A DNA stretch of 64,000 bases from Armatimonadota bacterium. Lineage in GTDB: Bacteria; Armatimonadota; Fimbriimonadia; Fimbriimonadales; GBS-DC. Under the pieces are notes generated by a model. That model was not told where the DNA came from. It searched no databases and was given only the letters and a program-made list of their open reading frames with translations. Both the position numbers and the translations under genes were made by a program. The stretch lies in the NCBI GenBank assembly GCA_037444405.1, contig JBBIML010000006.1, positions 64,001 through 128,000 of the forward strand, given 5' to 3'. This document shows positions 58,152 through 64,000 of the stretch, piece after piece (positions within the stretch are counted from its first letter, which is position 1; the number at the start of each line of letters is the position of its first letter).

Positions 58152-58931
58152 ATGCGAACCTTAATCGTTGCGATGGCAGGAGCTTTACTGATCAGCGGTC
58201 TGCCCGCCCAGGACGCCAAAGCGTTCCTGAAGCAGGTGCAGCAGAAGTATCGCCAGATGAAGTCGATGGAAGCCACCGTCGTCATCAATTTGCAAGCCAG
58301 TGGCGGCAGCACCTCCATGAAACAGCAGGCGCGTTCCTCGCTGGCGGTGCAGAAGCCGAACAAAGTGGCGATGAAGTCATCGGGCGACTCACCAATGGCG
58401 CAGCAAGAGGTCTATTCGGACGGCAAGAACCTCTTTATCTACATGCCCGCGATGAAGCAGTATCTCAAGCGACCCGCGCCGCCCAACTTCGAGGGTCCAG
58501 CCGCAAGCCTGCTCGGCTATCTCGGTATGCTGCTCGGCTTTGCCAACGAGAATCTGGACGATCCGAACTCGCAGGCGAAGTATGCGTTCAAGGGTAAGCG
58601 CACCATCGCGGGCAAGCCGACCCGCATCGTGGAAGTTACTGAGTCACGGCAGGGCATGAGCGCGAAAATACGCCTGTTTGTGGGCGAGCAGGACAAACTC
58701 ATCTATCGCCTGGAGATGGAGCAGCAGATTCGACCAGCATCAGGTCAGCAGGGTCAACCTGCACAACCGAGCCGCATGACCCTTCAGGCGGACATCCGGT
58801 ATATCAGCTTCAATAAGCCCATCCCTGCCAGCCGATTCCAGTTCACGCCGCCGAAGGGCGCCACCGAGATGCAGCTGCCCCAGCCCAGCGGCGCGCCGAC
58901 CACCCCACCACCCGGTGGCGGCGGACGATAA
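58152..58931 (+). CDS. Secreted LolA-like / DUF2092 protein
   Basis: Signal peptide; QKPNK, YSDGKNLFIYMP..KQY, FNKPIPASRFQFTPPKGA; start ATG 58152. Confidence 0.8.
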   Translation: MRTLIVAMAGALLISGLPAQDAKAFLKQVQQKYRQMKSMEATVVINLQASGGSTSMKQQARSSLAVQKPNKVAMKSSGDSPMAQQEVYSDGKNLFIYMPAMKQYLKRPAPPNFEGPAASLLGYLGMLLGFANENLDDPNSQAKYAFKGKRTIAGKPTRIVEVTESRQGMSAKIRLFVGEQDKLIYRLEMEQQIRPASGQQGQPAQPSRMTLQADIRYISFNKPIPASRFQFTPPKGATEMQLPQPSGAPTTPPPGGGGR

Positions 58932-58951
58932 AACCCACAGGAGGTGATTAA

Positions 58952-59968
<1,017 letters not shown>

Positions 59969-59976
59969 CAGAGCGG

Positions 59977-61224
59977 GTGTGGCGGTATGCACCCCTTGCG
60001 ATAGTGGGGCTGCATATCGCGCTTGCGCTCCTTTATAATGCACGGACGCCGTTCGGCAACAACGGCTATGCGAACACGCCGGACGAGGGCGCGCACTTTC
60101 AGTATGTGGAGTATGTGGCGCGGGCGTGGCGCCTGCCCCTCTTTGAGGGCTATGCGGGGGTCGGCTATGAGGCGCACCAGCCCCCGCTCTACTACTTTCT
60201 GGCGGCGGTTCTCTATCACCTCGTGGGTGGCGCGGGCAAGGGCGTGCGGCTGCTTTCAACCCTCTTCAGCGCGGGTGTCGTGTGGCTCACATGGCTGTGC
60301 GCCCGTCGCCTGCTGCCCGACCGACCGCCGATCGCCCTCGTCGCGACGAGTTTCGTCGCCTTCCTGCCGATGCACATCGCGATTGGCAGCGCGGTGGGCA
60401 ACGACGCGCTCACCAATCTGCTCTTTGCAGGGGTTCTCTATGGACTGCTGAAGCGAGGCTCCAGTCATCCAGAGCGTCAGGCGTTGGGGGTGGGCGTTCT
60501 CGCAGGGCTGGCGCTGCTGACCAAAGCGACGGCGATACTGCTCCTGCCGGTTGTTGTGCTGGGCGTGCTGATGCAGGCGCGGCTGGACAGCGTAGGCTGG
60601 CAGATGAGTTTGAGGCGGGCTGGTCTCGCGCTTCTGCCTGCCCTGCTGATTGGCGGCTGGTGGTTCATTCGCAACGCCCTGCTGTATGACGACCCGCTGC
60701 TGCAAAAAACCTTCCTGAATGTGTTCGCGGGCACGGCGAAGGCGCAGGACTTCCTGCAGGCGGGCATGAGCGGGGGCGATTACCTGCGCCTTGTGGCAGA
60801 CTGGACATTCCGCAGCTTCTGGTTTGCCTACGGCACGCCGCGCACGGCGAACACAGGCGTGCCAAACTTCCTGCCATTTGGCGGCGTCTATCTGGCGATG
60901 CTGGTGTGGCAGCTGCTTGCACTGGTGGGGCTGGGGCGCGCCCTGCGCACGGTTCAGGAACGGCGCTCACGCCTCTGGCTGGCGCTGGGCGCGTTCACTC
61001 TCCTGCTGATTTTTGGCAGCTTCGTGCTTTTCGTGCGCATCTTCTTTCAGGCGCAGGGGCGATATTTTTATCCCGCGCTGGTGCCGATAGCCATTTTGAG
61101 CGCGCTGGGTTGGGACGGACTGCTGCCCGACCGCTGGCGCACGCTGGGGCACCTCACGCTGCTCGCTTTCTGGCTCCTGCTCGCCCTTGCCTGCAGCCTT
61201 TATCTAAGGGATCCCTGCGCCTGA
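59977..61224 (+). CDS. Membrane glycosyltransferase (GT39/DUF2142-like)
   Basis: PDEGAHFQYV, YEAHQPPLYY, VGNDAL, LALLTK, QAQGRYFYP; probable GTG start 59977. Confidence 0.8.
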   Translation: MWRYAPLAIVGLHIALALLYNARTPFGNNGYANTPDEGAHFQYVEYVARAWRLPLFEGYAGVGYEAHQPPLYYFLAAVLYHLVGGAGKGVRLLSTLFSAGVVWLTWLCARRLLPDRPPIALVATSFVAFLPMHIAIGSAVGNDALTNLLFAGVLYGLLKRGSSHPERQALGVGVLAGLALLTKATAILLLPVVVLGVLMQARLDSVGWQMSLRRAGLALLPALLIGGWWFIRNALLYDDPLLQKTFLNVFAGTAKAQDFLQAGMSGGDYLRLVADWTFRSFWFAYGTPRTANTGVPNFLPFGGVYLAMLVWQLLALVGLGRALRTVQERRSRLWLALGAFTLLLIFGSFVLFVRIFFQAQGRYFYPALVPIAILSALGWDGLLPDRWRTLGHLTLLAFWLLLALACSLYLRDPCA

Positions 61225-61261
61225 AAGCCTATGCGGAAGCTGCGCTTCCGCACTCCAAAGC

Positions 61262-64000
61262 CTATTTATCCACCGTGACGGCGACGCGGCGGCGCAGGGT
61301 CGCCTGAGCGGCAGCCAGGCGGGCGATCGGCACGCGATAGGGCGAACAGCTCACATAGTCCAGCCCCAGCTCATGGAAGAACTCGATGGAAGCCGGGTCG
61401 CCCCCATGCTCGCCACAGACGCCGATTTTGAGTTCGCGCCGAACCGCCCGACCCGCCCGCACCGCCATCTCGATGAGCTTGCCCACGCCCTCGCGATCCA
61501 GCGTCACGAACGGGTTCTCTGGCAGAATCTTCTGCTCCACATAATAGGCGAGGAACTTGCCTTCGGCATCGTCGCGACTGAAGCCGAACACGGTCTGCGT
61601 CAGGTCGTTCGTGCCGAAGGAGAAGAACTGGGTATGCTGGGCGATTTCGTCGGCGGTGAGCGCGGCGCGCGGGATTTCGATCATCGTGCCGAACTTGTAA
61701 TCGATCTGCACGCCCTCATGCGCCATCACCTCTTTGGCGACGCGCTCCAGATTGTCGCGCACCACCTTCAGCTCGTTCACATGCCCCACCAGCGGGATCA
61801 TAATCTCCACATGGGGGTCATAGCCGCGGCGTTGCGCTTCGGCAGCCGCCTCCATGATGGCGGTGACCTGCATCTCCACGATTTCGGGGTAGAGGATGGA
61901 CAGCCGCACGCCACGCAGACCCAGCATCGGGTTCGCCTCCATCAGCTCCTCCACACGCTGGAGCAGGCGCCGCTTCTCGTCCAGCTCGGGCGAATCGGGT
62001 GCGGTCAGCTCCAGCTGAACCACCTCCCGCAGAAGGTCGTCATAGCGGGGCAGGAACTCGTGCAGGGGCGGATCGATGAGCCGAATGGTGACGGGCAGCC
62101 CGCGCATCACCTCGAAAATGCCGAGGAAGTCCGCCCGCTGGAAGGGCAGCAGGCGGGAGAGCGCCTCGCGCCGCTCCTTCGCCGTCTTCGCGAGAATCAT
62201 CTCCTGCACAATCGGCAGGCGTTCCTCGCCGAAGAACATATGCTCGGTGCGAGCCAGCCCGATACCCTCTGCGCCGAATTCGAGCGCTTTGGCGGCGTCC
62301 TGCGGCGTGTCGGCGTTCGCTCGCACGCGCAGGCGTCGGAACTGGTCTGCCCATTTCAGCAGGGTCGCCATCTCGGCGCCGATCTCAGGCGCCTGCGTGG
62401 GCACACTGCCGAGATAGACGCGCCCCGTCGTGCCGTCGATGCTGATATAATCGCCCTCGCGCACGGTCAGCGTCTCGCCACCGACCTCCACGCTGAAGAG
62501 GGCGTTCTCCTCGTCCACGCTGATGGCTTCACAGCCGACGACGCAGGGGATGCCGAACCCGCGCGCGACGACAGCGGCGTGCGAGTTAGAGACCAGTATC
62601 GGCGTGAGCTGCGACGAAAATACGATATAGTTTTTGTCTAGCTCGTCGGTCGCGTCCACTTCGAAGTTGTAAACGATGGATTCCTCGCGTTCTGGCGCAA
62701 GCGACACACGCATGGAGCGTAAGGGCGACTCGAGCAACCGCGCCAGTTCGTCGCGGAGCGCGTCCGATGGGCATATGGGAAGGATATCACGCTGAATCTT
62801 GTCCACGCCGAACATGATGTTGCGCTTAATTGCTTGTCGCACGCGACCGTGATAGTTCACCTTGTCTACGATGTCGCCAAACAGCGCGCGCATACTGAAA
62901 CATTTCGTGGAATGGAGCCGTGTGGGAGGCTCCGCTTTCACGCGATGAGTACGCGACAGAATCTGATCAACGCCTTCGGTAATCTGAATCAGATACGCGC
63001 TTCGGTTGTTCGACACTTGCGGCAGAATGCCCAGTCGCAGGCACGCCAGCACAATAGCTTCCAGTAGCCACGGCTTGCGCTCGGAAACCACAATTTGCAC
63101 GCGCACAGCACGGGAAGCCGTCGAGTAGGAGCCGTCGCCGTCGATGTACCCTGCAAGGAAGTTTTGCAGCGCTTCTGCATCTGCCTGCAAGACCCAGCAG
63201 GTGAGGTTGGCGATGGCTTCCGCCAGACGCACGGCAGGTTCACGGCGGTAGCAGATGTAGTCGGCAACTTTACCCTCCACAGGACGCCCTTTGAGCATAC
63301 CTCTGGTGCAGCGGATGCGCGCCTCACTCAGGGAGTATCCGAACGCGGTCTGGAAGGCATCGCGTACTCGCTGAATGAATTCTGCTTTCTCGGCAGTCGG
63401 TTTTTGCACGAACACAACGCATCCTTTCGTTGGGGTAAGTCGGATGTGCCCGTTGGAGAGGAGAGCACCCAATACATAGGCGAACGCCGTCGAGTAGTGC
63501 GCCTCTCCCATCGGCGGGATCCAATCGACTGCCAGCAGATACTCCTGATTGTGGACGACCGCCTCCAGTGGAACCTTGCACAGTTGACACTTGCGCACAG
63601 TAAACATCTTATGGTCAGGCGTGATGCGAATCCAGTTGTTGCGCGACCGCCCCGTCTGGGAGACCTGCGCCCGTACAACCTCAGCAGGGCGTCGCCCAGC
63701 GGCGATGATGGGACGCCAGACTGGACGCATCGAGCGCGTGTCAAAAGACAGAATTTTCAGGGGCGCGCCTTCGGCAAACAGCTCGAACACGCGCTCTGCA
63801 GAGAGCAGCCCCTTGTCCGTCAGGACTCGCGTTTCCCCCGCGATACAGGTCATTCCCCCACGCGCTGTGAGAATACCTTTTGAGGCGAGCATGCCGCCTA
63901 CATCGTCGGGATTGGTCTCCGGGCGCACCAGAATCACAGGCTCATTACGGCTCCACTCGATGGCGCGGCGGGCGTCGAACACGGCGCGTCCGCTCGCAGC
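61262..64000 (-). CDS. ppdK: Pyruvate phosphate dikinase, C-terminal part, intein-containing (5' end outside the window)
   Basis: ILVRPETNPDD, GILTARGGMT|..|SHAAVVARG, EGIGLARTEHMFF, DPPLHEFLP, FSFGTNDLTQ..GFSRDD, GVCGEHGGDP. Confidence 0.97.
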   Translation of the reverse strand, partial: AASGRAVFDARRAIEWSRNEPVILVRPETNPDDVGGMLASKGILTARGGMTCIAGETRVLTDKGLLSAERVFELFAEGAPLKILSFDTRSMRPVWRPIIAAGRRPAEVVRAQVSQTGRSRNNWIRITPDHKMFTVRKCQLCKVPLEAVVHNQEYLLAVDWIPPMGEAHYSTAFAYVLGALLSNGHIRLTPTKGCVVFVQKPTAEKAEFIQRVRDAFQTAFGYSLSEARIRCTRGMLKGRPVEGKVADYICYRREPAVRLAEAIANLTCWVLQADAEALQNFLAGYIDGDGSYSTASRAVRVQIVVSERKPWLLEAIVLACLRLGILPQVSNNRSAYLIQITEGVDQILSRTHRVKAEPPTRLHSTKCFSMRALFGDIVDKVNYHGRVRQAIKRNIMFGVDKIQRDILPICPSDALRDELARLLESPLRSMRVSLAPEREESIVYNFEVDATDELDKNYIVFSSQLTPILVSNSHAAVVARGFGIPCVVGCEAISVDEENALFSVEVGGETLTVREGDYISIDGTTGRVYLGSVPTQAPEIGAEMATLLKWADQFRRLRVRANADTPQDAAKALEFGAEGIGLARTEHMFFGEERLPIVQEMILAKTAKERREALSRLLPFQRADFLGIFEVMRGLPVTIRLIDPPLHEFLPRYDDLLREVVQLELTAPDSPELDEKRRLLQRVEELMEANPMLGLRGVRLSILYPEIVEMQVTAIMEAAAEAQRRGYDPHVEIMIPLVGHVNELKVVRDNLERVAKEVMAHEGVQIDYKFGTMIEIPRAALTADEIAQHTQFFSFGTNDLTQTVFGFSRDDAEGKFLAYYVEQKILPENPFVTLDREGVGKLIEMAVRAGRAVRRELKIGVCGEHGGDPASIEFFHELGLDYVSCSPYRVPIARLAAAQATLRRRVAVTVDK
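62585..63847 (-). mobile_element. Intein (421 aa) with LAGLIDADG homing endonuclease domain
   Basis: Block A CIAGETRVLT; block B ITPDHK; blocks C/E LGALLSNG and FLAGYIDGDG; block F VYNFEV; ends ILVSN|S. Removal restores GGMTSHAAVVARG. Confidence 0.96.

Overview
A GC-rich (~65%) bacterial chromosomal window. The gene content (DUF1559-style pilins, DUF1501/DUF1553 pair, Uma2 and coiled-coil nuclease paralogs, trmD-rplS-lepB) suggests Armatimonadota, probably thermophilic; this is inference, not a database result. Housekeeping genes: argG (partial), ndh, an acyl-CoA mutase large subunit with isobutyryl-CoA-mutase residues, uppP, rfbD, comEA, lepB, rplS, trmD, speB, queG, tRNA-Ser(GCT), prmC, a 2-oxoacid dehydrogenase E2, gap and ppdK (partial). 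Highlights: (1) an 18.5-kb operon of one pilin with a low-GC head, three giant PilV/W/X-like minor pilins (605-885 aa) and two giant secreted beta-propeller proteins (1571 and 2149 aa); (2) a 421-aa LAGLIDADG intein inside the GGMT|SHAA phospho-His motif of PPDK; (3) a Hen1-Pnkp RNA-repair operon eroded to ~1 kb, next to a broken PIN toxin/antitoxin cassette bracketed by near-identical palindromic repeats; (4) TANNNT boxes 6-7 nt upstream of start codons, implying leaderless mRNAs, plus palindromic bidirectional promoters; (5) several genes destroyed by internal deletion with their ends retained. All family calls come from motif recognition by eye; no searches were run.
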